DNA of 64,000 nucleotides from the human T2T-CHM13v2.0 reference genome, Homo sapiens, in the NCBI RefSeq assembly GCF_009914755.1, contig NC_060940.1. One strand, given 5' to 3'. Within the stretch, counting starts at the first letter, position 1. Every line of letters starts with the position of its first letter. The notes under the pieces are model-generated. The model was given only the letters and a program-made list of their open reading frames with translations, ran no database searches and was not told where the DNA came from. This document shows, piece after piece, positions 1 to 19,200 of this stretch. The position numbers were made by a program, and so were the translations under genes.

Positions 1-345
1 CTTGGCCTCCCAAAGTGCTGGAATTACAGGTGTGAGCCATCATGCCCAGCCTTTTTGTTTGTTCTGAGGCAGAGTCTTGCCCTGTCACTCAGGGTGGATT
101 GCAGTGGTAAGTTCACAGCTCACTGTAGCCTGGACCTCCCAGGCTCAGGTGATCTTCCCACCTCAGCCTCCTGAGTAGCTGAGACTAAAGGAGTGAACCA
201 CCATGCCCGGCTAATTTTTAAAATTTTTTGTAGATATGGGGCTTTGTTGCTGAGGCTGGTCTGGAACTCCTGGACTCAAGTGATCCTCCTGCGTGGGCCT
301 CCCAAAGTGCTGAGATTACAGATGTGAGCTACTATGCCCAGCCTT
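1..345 (-). mobile_element. Alu elements (end of one plus an older AluJ-like copy)
   Basis: Reverse Alu motifs such as ctcccaaagtgctgg and cctcagcctcctgagtagct. Confidence 0.9.
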
Positions 346-2312
346 GGGCCTGAGGGGTTTAAGCCATGTTGGCTATCAGTTTCCCTGTTGGAGGAGTCCT
401 TTCCAGGCTGTGCCTCAAGGCTGTGTTTTTGGCCTCCGTGATAGCATGTGTGGAGGATAGCCACGACTGGTACCAATTTTGGGGCCCTCACTGTAGGCCA
501 TGCAAATCTGCTGGCATTCCCTGTGGGCTTCAGCAGACACATGAGAATCTTTCTGTGTGCCAGTCTGGAAGGAGTGATAGCGTCTTCTCGATCACTCTCC
601 TGCCTCAGGCTAGGATCTCTGTCTGCTCTGTCTGCTTTGCTGAGATGGTAGAACAGGGTTGTGACCTCGAAGGTTTGAGAAAGCTGACATCATCCTCCAT
701 GAAAACTCCTGTTGTTTGGACTCTAGGTTTGATGTGGAACTCTTCTGCCTGAGGCCTTTGTTTGGAGGTGGAAGCCCTGGTTCAGGACTGCCTTGCCCCT
801 TTCTGAGAGAGCCAGGCTCAGAGGAGTGCTCTCACTGATGTAGTCTGTTCTTGTCTCCAGGCCCACGTTGTCACTAGAAGTCCTGACTCTGGAGAGGCCT
901 CCAAATCTGGTCAGTCCAATTCCACCACCTATCAGCTGCTGACCTAGAGCGAGTTGGAGTTGGCTAACCTCGCTGAATCTCCTTTTGGTCATCTCTAACA
1001 AGGGGGTTGACTCACAGGGTGTGGTTACAAACAAGTGCACATAAGCTCTTTGCACATTTCTGTGCCTCATATGCATTAGTGAAAATGAAGTGTTCACAGC
1101 CAGACAGTTATTTTGAGTTTTGTTCTTGGAAACACTTAAAATTGGAAGATAAAAATGGAGTTTTTCTGTTGTCTAACGGGATCTCCTGGGTCAGAGGTTT
1201 TAACCTGGGATCTATGGCTGAACAGTTGAAAATTATTCACAAGGCTGGGGCATCTCTACCTCTGTGCAAATGTGTTGGGAGAGGGCCACAGTTGCTGAGA
1301 CATTCTTGGAGGGTCTTTGCACTCACAGAGACCTAAGGGTCAGTGAAGGCTGGTGTTCAGTGGGTGAGAGGTCATCAGAGTCTTTTCTGCTCCTCAAGGA
1401 GCCTGGCCTCAGCCTGCGGACTGTTGGGGTGAAGCAGGAGATGGTGTGGTCAGCGGCCCTCTCACAAGAGCTGTAGGAGAAGCTGTCATGATGGTCAGTC
1501 CCCAGTCTAATGTGAGGCTGCCTCTGAGCCCGGGCTTTTTTGTTTCCAGCCTGTTACTTGCACAGTAAATGTGTTAGAAACAAGATCAGAGCTTGCTGGC
1601 TATTCTGGGGAACATCTTCCAGCCTGGCCTGGACCCCTCCCTCATGTTGCATGGGGATAGGATGGGGGCTCTGCACTCTTGCTTCTTTTTTTGGACTCAA
1701 GAGTGTTGCCTCCCGTGGGAAGGGTGGGGATCGCAGGAGGGGACTTTCCTGTGTACAAAACATGGTGAGCAGGCTCTCGGTAGGTTCTGTTGTGTCTGTA
1801 TGTAGCTGGATCGAGGTAGGAGGGAATGGCTTAGGGAGATGGGGATGAGGGTGGATGGCCACCTGTGGAGCTTAGGGAGTTTGGCCTTTAAGCCAAAAGC
1901 AAGGGTGTTTGTAGGGGAGGAGCATGGTCAGCTTTGTGGTTTAGAGCTCAGGGATGCAGAGTTAGCAGAAAAAAGAGACGGGCCTTGACCAGAGGACCCA
2001 GTGTCAGCACTGATGTACCAGGTGAGCTTAGGGCAAGACCCAGCGACATCACTGGATGACAGTGGATTCTGACTATGTGGCTGTTGTGATCACTACTTGG
2101 AAATAAACACAAGACAGTGAAGCAGGCCTCAATCCCACATAGTTTTGAAGGTTCCTTGTCATTTTCTGGGAGCCCCTGATGTGTCCTATTCCTCAGAGAG
2201 CTTACTCTTCCCCACTCTTCTCTGCCCTACCAGGCCAAAGGGTCTTTCTCTTCCTTTATCCCTCCACCCCATTTCCTTCCACCACCACTTCAGTCAAGGA
2301 GTTTTTGTATCA

Positions 2313-2708
<396 letters not shown>

Positions 2709-4001
2709 TTATCCATTCCTCCAGCTTTTCCCCTACCCTCAGAGCTCTTAGGCAGTGGGTATGGCACCTTGGAAGCTGCAGCAGGGTCAGGGCACATTGA
2801 GTGACTAAGCATAGCAAGTACCAGGTGGACGGGGCAGAAATGCCAGAGGTGGGAGCTGTGCTCTGCCTTAGGTCCTCTAAGTTTGTGTGTGAGTACAGCC
2901 AGTGTCTGACCTCTTGGAAATGTGACCAAGACCACAGTGAAGACTAGATGATGGTCCTGTGCTTTCCCCACTTGTTGATTTCTTTCTTGGCAGAGTATGA
3001 ACTAGGACACACCTTGTGTTCCTGTGTGGCAGGCGTGACTGGATCCAAGCTTTCTCCCCTGCTTGCTTTAGATTTTCCTGGACATTTCTTAGTCATCCCA
3101 GCACTGAGCTTCTATTTTTAGTGCCACTACCTCCTAGGGGACCTAAAATAAAGCTGGCTTAGCTTCCTGCTCCCTCATTGGCTTGAGTGTTGGTCACAGA
3201 GCGGAGGATTGGCTGCGTTCTCACTCTTTCCCTACACGATTCCTCCCCGCTGGCTCCTCTGGCTTTGGGCGAGGTCACACGGACTGGAGTGAGCTAGCAC
3301 TTACCATGTTGAGCTGAGGGCTTTATCATGTTCCTTTAGAGAAGCTTCACAACCACCGGCACTGTCAGGTTGCCATCCCCATCTTATAGTGGAGGAGGCT
3401 GAGGCCCTAAGAAGGGCAGTGACTTGCATCAGATCCCACCACTGCGAATGCTTGTCTGCTGGGGTGGAACCCACCTCCTCACTGCTTTGGTTCAGAGTCC
3501 TATTATCAGGACAGAGGGAGTGGGCTCCTCTACAGTTGGGGCCATCCACAGAAAAACATGTGGGTCTGCAGTCAGGGGATCTGCAGCAAGATGTGGGCTT
3601 CCCTACTTGGAAGCAGCCTAGCAAAGCCCAAGCGGCTCTCCCATCTGGGGCTTGGGTTTTCCATCCAGTATCCTTACAGCCATGGTCTCTAGTTGGGAGG
3701 GGGCCTCCTCTCAGAGACCCGAGAGAGACAGCTCCTTAGGGTAAAAGCAATGCTGGGATGAGGGGATATGAAGGGATGACACGTTTCCCTTCACAGCCTC
3801 CATCCCCTCTTCCCACAACCCTCAGCTTTCCCTCTGATCCTTGAACTCATGTCCCCAGCTCTGAAGTGGGTAGGAGTCACTCCCATCAATGAAGAAATAT
3901 CCTAGAAAGGGCCAGGTCAGGTAATCACCTGGCCTCGGGGAAGTAAACTGCCCCCATGAGACTAAGGGATCACTTGCTGTTTTTGGCAGAGGAGGGCCCT
4001 T

Positions 4002-4306
<305 letters not shown>

Positions 4307-4903
4307 GAAGAGGGGCCTTGAGAATCTCCCCACATCCTCACTGGGTCTTCCATCTGTCAGCGTAGCCCTGGGACAGTGTTGGGGGCCTGAGGGCTGTAGT
4401 ACAAAATAGTACACACACACAGGTATCAGTTGTTCTTGGCTGTAAAGTGGGAAGAATAGCAATAACTCTGTCCTTGCAGGTTGTTGAGAGGATTACATGG
4501 AAAGATACTGGAGGAGTGCTTAACTCCTCCCATAAGGCCCCTCCCCTTACTGGGCTTTCAAGGGCCTGCTCTGACCTTTCTTTGTTGTAGATCTACCCTT
4601 AGCACCCCTCCTGTGTGCTCCACGACCCTATCATCTATGTGTCTCATCAACCAAGAACTCAAAGGAGAGGCTGGGTCTGATCTACCTCTGGGCTCCTAGC
4701 ACTGGTCTGGCTTGGGAGGGGTCTCCTGCCAGTTCCCCAGGGCCTGTCCGTGTTCTCTGAGAGAACAGATCTCAGCAAAGGACTCCAGGAAGGCCAGTGA
4801 GGGGTGGGGGTCAGTGGCTGGTCACCTACTCTCATGGTACCAATGCTTCCCTCCTGGTCTCATTGGTCTTGCAGGTCTCCGTGAGGCCGGGTGACGCTCC
4901 AGA

Positions 4904-10686
<5,783 letters not shown>

Positions 10687-11062
10687 CCTCCTCTCAGCTA
10701 GGCACTCACGCTGTTTCCTCCTCCCTCCTCTTCCCAATACTATTCCCACTCCTCCAGATGCTCCAAATATCATGCACAAATGAGCAGGGCCGCGGTGGGA
10801 GTGGGCGCAGTGCGCTGCTGCCACTGAGGTGTTGTGCATGATGTTTGGATGCTAGACTAGTTGCATCTGACGGGAGAAGTTTGTGTTGTACCAGCGCATG
10901 CCTTGGAAAGACTTAAGTAATGCAAAAGGTTGTCCTTTTTTTTTTTTTTTTTTTTTTAATCTACTGACAAGTTGCTCTAGTAACCCAAAGAAGTGAAGGA
11001 GAAAGCAGCTGCCTCACCGCCCAGACATTGATTTGTTCAGATGTTTCAATGCCTCATGATAC

Positions 11063-11068
11063 AATAAA
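11063..11068 (+). terminator. NUTF2: NUTF2 proximal polyadenylation signal (AATAAA)
   Basis: AATAAA about 380 nt after the stop codon, followed by U-rich sequence (11090-11120). Confidence 0.75.
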
Positions 11069-12320
11069 ACCACAAAAATTTTCTTAACAGTTTAAATTGT
11101 TTTAATTAGTTTACTAGTTGGCTGGGCATCAGAAGCTACCCAGACCCGTTGTCTCTCTCATGTTTCACCCTCCCACTTCTGCCCCAACTCTGAATACCTG
11201 TTGCAGGGAGAAACTGCTGAAGCAGCACTCCCAGCTAGCCTCTCAGAAGCCGTGTAGGGCAGTTCTCTCCCACTCCACAGGGCGACTGGTCTTTGGAAAG
11301 CAGGCAGGAAGAGCTCAGGTCTGGCCTGAAGCTTCTCTCACTGAAGCCTGTGCAGTCAGTTCTGATACCTCCTGTGACTTCTGCTCTGGGTAGGTTCAGG
11401 GCCCTAGTAGCAGGAGAGATGATCCTGAATCCTGTTGAAGCTGGAGAGGCCTTGGCAAAATGGCTCATCACGTTCAGGCCCTCCGGGCTGAGTTGTCAGC
11501 AGTATCAAGGGAGGGGCCTGCTCTATCCCCAGAAGGATCAGGATCATATCCAGGATGCCCCACATACACCAAGCCAGGCAGAGGGCAGCTCAGCTCCTGT
11601 CCCATCTGCTTTGGATATCTTTACCCAAAGGCAGGTAACCCGAAGAGCCAGCCTCCACTGCCCACAGAGCCAGGCCCAGTTGTGTTGGAGTATAGGTCAG
11701 GAGCTGTGGAAGGAGGCAGTCTGTGAGGGACTCATGCTTTAGGAGTCCTCACCCCTCAGACTGCTGCAGGACATTGCCAGGCCTCTCTCCACTTCCTTCC
11801 TCAGCATACAGACTTCATGCTATCTTCCAATTCCGGGGAGTCTTAGCTATTAGGGCAGTTTCTGCTTCTCCATTTTGGGGACAAAGGCCTTGCCCAGTAC
11901 AAATCTAGCCCCTTGTCCCACAGACTTCTGGATGGTATAAACCTAGTGGCAATGTAGCAACCATAGGCTAGAACCAAACCCAAGATTTGGGTCAGTGCCC
12001 TGTTAAGGGTTTTAGGATTGGTAAGGACACCACAGCTAAATCTGACATGTAAAAGGATACCCTTCCCCTGTCCCACTACGGGTGGAGGCTAAGGACCTCC
12101 TCAGATCCCACAGATTGCCTGGTGACATTGGGCACAGGGCTGGATGGTGTGCTGTTTGAGAGGACAGCATGCTCAGGAGATTTCAGTGGGAATGATCTCT
12201 AGGCTGATGTGTATTTGGGGAAGTGGGGGTGGGGAAGAGGTAGGTGCCTGCTGCCTCAAACCACCTTGTGTAAAATCTGCAATACGGCTTCTTCCATGTA
12301 CCTGTGCCTGAACTGTCTGC

Positions 12321-12326
12321 AATAAA
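12321..12326 (+). terminator. NUTF2: NUTF2 distal polyadenylation signal (AATAAA), long 3'UTR
   Basis: AATAAA followed by the GU/U-rich element ctgtggtttctttctt; last such signal before the EDC4 promoter. Confidence 0.6.
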
Positions 12327-12699
12327 GAAGAATTTGTAAACTGTGGTTTCTTTCTTCCAACCTGAGGGTGCCAGGTGGGACAAGGGGATGCTGGGGGACA
12401 GTAGGGAACAATGACTGGTCATTGTAGTGGGATCATCTCCCCTGCTCTTGCAATTCCTGAGTTTTATGACCTCGAGGGTAGCCTCAGGCCTTGAGTTATT
12501 CCGACCCATTCCCAAAGGGAACCTGAGGCACCTGCCAATTCAGCATATTCTGGGGGTCTGAGGGACCTTAGCATGGGCGGCTAAGTTGACCCCGTCCCAG
12601 GACCATCGGAGTCCATGCTCTGGGAGTGGGCAGGGACCTGGCGCCTTCTGAGTCGAGTAGGGCTTTAGGTGGCCCAGTGCGTGGACGCTTACTTCAGCC

Positions 12700-13240
12700 C
12701 CGTGGGACTTTCCTGACCTCGCGGACACAGGGGCGGGGCCGCCGAGGGGGACTGGCTGCGGGAGGGGTTTAGGCTTCCGCCCCCAGCCCGGAACCTTTCT
12801 TCTCCGGCCCTGGCAGGTTCCGGGAGCCTCGGCTCGTGGGTGCCGGAAGTGGAGGCGGTTGGTGGGGTTGGCGGGGCTCAGCGACGCTGCGCGGGTGGCG
12901 GTTTGCGAACTGCGGGTGGACTGTGTAGTGACCGGCGTCCCGCTGTCTCGCCCCGTGGCGGGTGAGCGAGGGTGCGTGGTGCGCGGCGGCGGCGGAACGA
13001 ACGCGGTGCGGGCGGGGCGCCCGCCGCAGGGCCCATGGCCTCCTGCGCGAGCATCGACATCGAGGACGCCACGCAGCACCTGCGGGACATCCTCAAGCTG
13101 GACCGGCCCGCGGGCGGTGAGCGGGGGTTGCGGGGGTGGGCCCCAGGCGAGCTGACAAAAGGGCGGCGCGCGTCTGAACCGCCATTGGGGCCCACAGCTC
13201 CCTTAGGACTAGCTCTGGATCCTCCCGGCGGGTAAGGGTG
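12700..13240 (+). promoter_or_regulatory. EDC4: EDC4 CpG-island promoter and 5'UTR
   Basis: High CpG density; GC box GGGGCGGGGC at 12730-12739; ETS/GABP-type CCGGAAGTG at 12843-12851; surrounds ATG 13035. Confidence 0.85.
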
Positions 13241-16200
13241 GACGGGGATTGACTGTGCCCCTCGAAGGGCGCAGACCCCTGGGTGTGACCCCTCCCTATC
13301 TTGTCCTCAGGCTGTTCTGCCTTGTCCTTCAGCGTCTCGGTTGAAGGTGAGGCGCCTTCTCTGAATCCGCTGGGGCCCTCTGGTTTCCTGGCCCCGAGGT
13401 CTCTAGTGTTCCTGGGACTGGCCTAGCTCCTCTTCCCTTTCTCCATGGTTCAGAGGCCTGGTCTGGGCTCCGTATATGGAATTCTGGGCCCAGGCTTAAG
13501 CGCGATGCTGAAGAGCTGCCGGTCCCCCTCCATAACTTGCCCTTCTCTCTGGAATAAAGACTCCAGGCCTCCCGTTCTGAAACTGATTTCCAGGAGGAAG
13601 GTGTCCAGTCTCAATTCCGTGTTCTTTCTGGGATGAAGGCAAATCACAGACCGCACCACCCTGACTGAATTATGCTACAAATATCTGCAAGCCCTAATTG
13701 GTTCCCATTCATTCATATTTCGCTTTGGCTCTTAATGATACCTCAGAACTAGTCTTGCCCCCAAAGATTCCCCAAGACACAGCTAACAGGGTTGTAATAT
13801 ACTGTTGTCATTGAAAGAAAGGAGTGTCTCGATACTGTGATGGGCGTGGGAAGGGTGGAGGCTGGTGAGTGCAGAGTGCAGGTCTGAGAGGGGAGACTGG
13901 GCTAGGTCTTGTAATGTGAACAGGGGCTTGGGTGTCAGGAAAGGCACCCAAGGCACCTATGGAGAAGCCACCTATTAGGAAGAGGAAATAGCACGTGTGC
14001 AGGCACTAGTTTACTGACAGGTTTAGGGATCTCTGAAGTGGCCGGTGATGATGGTGTGGGCGTACAGTGGAGAATTGTGTTTCCTCAGATCTTGTTCTTA
14101 CACCTGCTGGGAGGCCCAGACTGGCTGCTTCTGGAAGCAGGCACTGGTGCTCACTAGGGGTGGATTCAACTAACCCCTACTTTCAGAAAATCCATCTGCT
14201 GCCTGAGACCACTCGGCCCTTTGTCCCAGGCCTGGAGTGTGTGCCCTCTTTACTCATGAGTTGGGCGTGGACCTCTCCTGCTGCTCAGCTGCTTTGTAGA
14301 CTAGACTCCGCAGAGATTTGGTAGAGCCTGGCATGGCCAACCATGTACAGCCTGAGCCTGCTTTTTGGTTGTCCTCATGGTACCCTTCATGGAAGGGAGA
14401 GTTGTCAGCTTGTCCCTGAGCAGCTAAAGTGGCTCTGATCTGAATGAAGTGGCCTGGAGGCTTTCCTTATAACTACTTTGTTTATTGATTGGCACTTGAT
14501 TCCCTTGTTTGCCAAGCAGCTCTTTCTTGTCTCCTCTCACTGGACGACCAGGTCAGAACTCAGACTATTGAGGACTGGGCGCGGTGGCTCACACCTGTAA
14601 TCCCAGCACTTTGGGAGGCCGAGGTGGGTGGATTGCTTGAGGCCAGGAGTTCGAGACCAGCCTGGCCAACATGGTTTCTTAACATGGTGAAACCTTATCT
14701 CTACTAAAAATATAAAAATTAGGTGAGCTGTAATCCCAGCTACTTGGGAGGCTGATGCAGGAGAATCCCTTGAACCCAGGGGGTAGAGGTTGCCATGAGC
14801 CGAGATCGCGCCAAAATAATTCAAAGACTGTTGTGACTGGAAACTTGCTATGTTCTGAATGTGGAGCCCTAGGCTCCTTGCCACCTGGGGATTTTGGAAA
14901 TGGTGTCTGAGCCTATGAGAGTGTTTGAAACCCAGCCAGTTGCAAAGAACTGAAATGCTGTCTTTCCTTACTCCACACGCTGCCCCATAGTTTCTCTCCT
15001 TTTGGTCCAGCTCCTTTATGTCCCTGCCTTCTGTGTTTACTTGCCCAAGATAGCTTCTTCTGAGCCATTTCTGTGTGGGGCAGCCCCTTCCACATCTTAC
15101 CAGTGCCCTTCCATGCCTTAGGAGCCCATCTTCTCTCCAAACTCTGACACTACATTGGTCTAGGCCTTGATCTCTCTCACCCAGATTCTCAACCATTCTG
15201 CATGCTATCTTAGAGTAATCTTCCCACTGGCCAGAACTGACCACATCACCTTCCCTTTTGAAACTCTTTATGGTTCTCATGGCCCACAGGGAGAGTCTAA
15301 GTGCCACGGCATCATACCTGATGCCTCTGTAGCTTTGTTTTCACTCCATCCTTCCTGTGTTTGTGTGTTCTGGTCACACTAACTGCTGTATAAAGTCTTT
15401 CCTGACCCCTCCTATGCCCTCACTCAGTCCACAGAGTTCTTCTGTAGTGACCCAGACCTGAGTATTCACTGCCCTCAAAGGGTCCTTGATGGCTTGTACC
15501 CCTCCCCCAGGTAGAAGAGCCTCATGCTCATCCTTGGTCCTGCCTACATCAGTGTTTATGGAACGAGAGATGAACACAGGGCCCTCCTCCTCATGGACAT
15601 GCTTTGCTCAGTTGAGTGTTCCTAGAGCACCTCATAGTTCTTGAAGGAAACTCTGAAAGGGGAGAGGCTTGTGGGCAGGTCGAGCAACCTTATCAGAATG
15701 ACCCTCTTTGTCCCCAGGCCCCAGTGCAGAGAGCCCACGGCCATCCAGTGCCTACAATGGGGACCTCAATGGACTTCTGGTCCCAGACCCGCTCTGCTCA
15801 GGTGATAGTACCTCAGCAAACAAGACTGGTCTTCGGACCATGCCACCCATTAACCTGCAAGAGAAGCAGGTCATGTGAGTACCTAGGAGACGACAATAGT
15901 GGTGATGGTGTATTTGGGGTGTCTGCTAGCTGAAGGCATGAGATGGGGAGTGAGCGGGGCCAGCAGCCTCTGCTGCTTCCTCTCTAGATGACCTGGGGTG
16001 GAGCTTGAGCTTGCACTAGGATGAGAGGCAAGGACAAGCTCAGGGGTTTGGCCTGGATACCTGGTTTAGAATGAAAGTAGGCTCATTCCCAAGGAAGGAG
16101 ATGAGCAAGCAGAGCTGTGGGTCTGGGGCCAGTGGACCAGGCGAAGCTGACATTGGACTAGATACCTTCCCCAGTCTGGCTATGTCCTCGCTTCCTCCCA

Positions 16201-19200
16201 ACCCTGCCCGCTGAGCCTTTGGGTGAACAAGAGGCAAAGTTTTTGCACTCTTCCCCACAGCTGTCTCTCAGGAGATGATAGCTCCACCTGCATTGGGATT
16301 TTGGCCAAGGAGGTGGAGATTGTGGCTAGCAGTGACTCTAGCATTTCAAGCAAGGCCCGGGGAAGCAACAAGGTAGGTACTGGGATGCTGTGGCATATAT
16401 AATGTACGGGGGCACACCCAGCCTTTCCAGTCTCCCTCATGCTGCCAGTTCCTATGGGGACCACCTTGACACTTTCCCAGTTTCAGGAAGCCAGGGCTGG
16501 GTGCCAAGCCTCTGTGGGAGTCTGGCTCCAGGAGGTAACAGTGGGTAGCTGGACTTGCATCTGTGTCCTCTCCCATCCCCAGGGATGTTGGGGGCCACCT
16601 AGGCTCTGGGGAAGTTCCATGACTTTTCTCACCCTGGGTTCTCAGGTGAAAATTCAGCCTGTCGCCAAGTATGACTGGGAACAGAAGTACTACTATGGCA
16701 ACCTGATTGCTGTGTCTAACTCCTTCTTGGCCTATGCCATTCGGGGTGAGTAAAGACAGTGAGGAGGAAGGAATGTTCTGCTGGATGTCCCACAGAGCCA
16801 GTTCCAACATCAGGCCACTCAGGCCTTAGGGGTACAATGGAAGGTTTGTCCATGCTGCCTCTTGGGGAGCTGGGTGGGAAAACCAAGCTTGAGACTCTGG
16901 TGGTGGCAGGGAGACAGGTGGGGCAGCGCTTCTCTGCTACTGCCTGAGCCTGGATACGTATTCATGGTCCACTGCTCTCCTGATTCCAGCTGCCAACAAT
17001 GGCTCTGCCATGGTGCGGGTGATCAGCGTCAGCACTTCGGAGCGGACCTTGCTCAAGGGCTTCACAGGCAGTGTGGCTGATCTGGCTTTCGCGCACCTCA
17101 ACTCTCCACAGCTGGCCTGCCTGGATGAGGCAGGCAACCTGTTCGTGTGGCGCTTGGCTCTGGTTAATGGCAAAATTCAGTATCCATTCCTTCCTGTGGG
17201 TGGTGGGACTGAAGAAGGGTGGGCGGAGCTGGGGTGTCACGCCTCTTCATTCATCTATCTAGCCCTTAACACCCTGCTCAGAGAAGAGATCTTGGTCCAT
17301 ATTCGGCAGCCAGAGGGCACGCCACTGAACCACTTTCGCAGGATCATCTGGTGCCCCTTCATCCCTGAGGAGAGCGAAGACTGCTGTGAGGAGAGCAGCC
17401 CAACAGTGGCCCTGCTGCATGAAGACCGGGTGAGGGGGCTGACATGGCGAAGAGGCGCCAGAGAAGCCATAGTGTGGGGTTGGGCTGCACACTCACCTCC
17501 CTGTGCCTTCCAGGCTGAGGTGTGGGACCTGGACATGCTCCGCTCCAGCCACAGTACCTGGCCTGTGGATGTTAGCCAGATCAAGCAGGGCTTCATTGTG
17601 GTAAAAGGTCATAGCACGGTAAGCCTGTGACTGCCTGCCTCCCCTGCCCTCCCCACTTCCTCATATCCATCTTCTGTTCCCTATATCCACAGCTGCCCGG
17701 GCAGCTTTACTAGCATTCTGCCCGTGGGGACTCTGAGCTCAAATTGGCCCTCACCTGTGCAGCTTTCTCCTTATCTAGCAGCACCCTGCAGGTCTGGCCT
17801 TCTCTAGGAACCCTGTTCATTTAGTCAGTCACACAAGCATGCCAGTCCCACCGTGAGTCAGCCCAGCTCATTGCCATCCTCACTTGGGAGGGGCTTGTTC
17901 TCACCTCTAGTCAGCAAAGCTTTTTGGGTTCTTTCTAGTGCCTCAGTGAAGGAGCCCTCTCTCCTGATGGGACTGTGCTGGCTACTGCGAGCCACGATGG
18001 CTATGTCAAGTTCTGGCAGATCTACATTGAGGGGCAAGATGAGCCAAGGTAAGGCAGGGCCTCAGGGACCAGGATCCTCCCGAGGTAGCCCACCCGACCA
18101 CTCACTCAGGCCCCTCATCTGCCTACCTGCAGGTGTCTGCACGAGTGGAAACCTCATGATGGGCGGCCCCTCTCCTGCCTCCTGTTCTGTGACAACCATA
18201 AGAAACAAGACCCTGAGTGAGTGAGTGGGCAGCCTAGTGGGTGGTGGGCTGGACCATGGCTCCCAGCAGGGGCCCCAGCCAGTCACTCACTGCCTTGTTG
18301 CCTTGCAGTGTCCCTTTCTGGAGGTTCCTTATTACTGGTGCTGACCAGAACCGAGAGTTAAAGATGTGGTGTACAGTATCCTGGACCTGCCTGCAGACTA
18401 TTCGGTAAGCAGTGGCTGGAAGGCTGGGGGACTGGGCAGGGGCGGCAGGGTTGGGAATGTAGCTTCCTTCAGTTCTCAGGCTCATTCACTCTGCTTTGTG
18501 GCTCTCTAGCTTCTCCCCAGATATCTTCAGCTCAGTGAGTGTGCCCCCTAGCCTCAAGGTTTGCTTGGACCTCTCAGCAGAATACCTGATTCTCAGCGAT
18601 GTGCAACGGAAGGTAGGCTGCCATGGGGTACCCTGGGCAGAGTTGGGATTATAGAGGAAGGCCGGGGGGCAGGTGGCGCATCACAGCCCTTAGCCTCTGA
18701 GCTCAGCTAGGAACGTTCTGCCTGTGCAGGTCCTCTATGTGATGGAGCTGCTGCAAAACCAGGAGGAGGGCCACGCCTGCTTCAGCTCCATCTCGGAGTT
18801 CCTGCTCACCCACCCTGTGCTGAGCTTTGGTATCCAGGTTGTGAGTCGCTGCCGGCTACGGCACACTGAGGTGCTGCCTGCCGAAGAGGAAAATGACAGC
18901 CTGGGTGCTGGTGAGCTGCCTCAGGGTCAGAGCTATGTGTCCATATATCTAGGGGGTTGTGGAGGCACAGAGAGGGCCAGGGGCTTCATCATCCACACTG
19001 TCCTTTCAGATGGTACCCATGGAGCCGGTGCCATGGAGTCTGCGGCCGGTGTGCTCATCAAGCTCTTTTGTGTGCATACTAAGTGAGTGAGTGGGGAGGC
19101 CCGCCAGTGTCCTGTCTGTGTCTGTCTCCACTCTACTGACCCTTGCCCTTGGAGCACTTTATTCTCCCCCTTCTTTTCCTGCAGGGCACTGCAAGATGTG

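Noticed and set aside
12540-13235. Overlapping sense and antisense ORFs at the EDC4 CpG island, including a GTG-initiated 21-codon extension from 12972; likewise ORFs 33000..33591 at PSKH1
   Set aside because: Stop codons are scarce in GC-rich islands, and the GTG lacks a G at +4.
14537-15307. 256-aa minus-strand ORF in EDC4 intron 1
   Set aside because: It runs through L2-like and Alu sequence, has a non-ATG start and shows no protein-like features.
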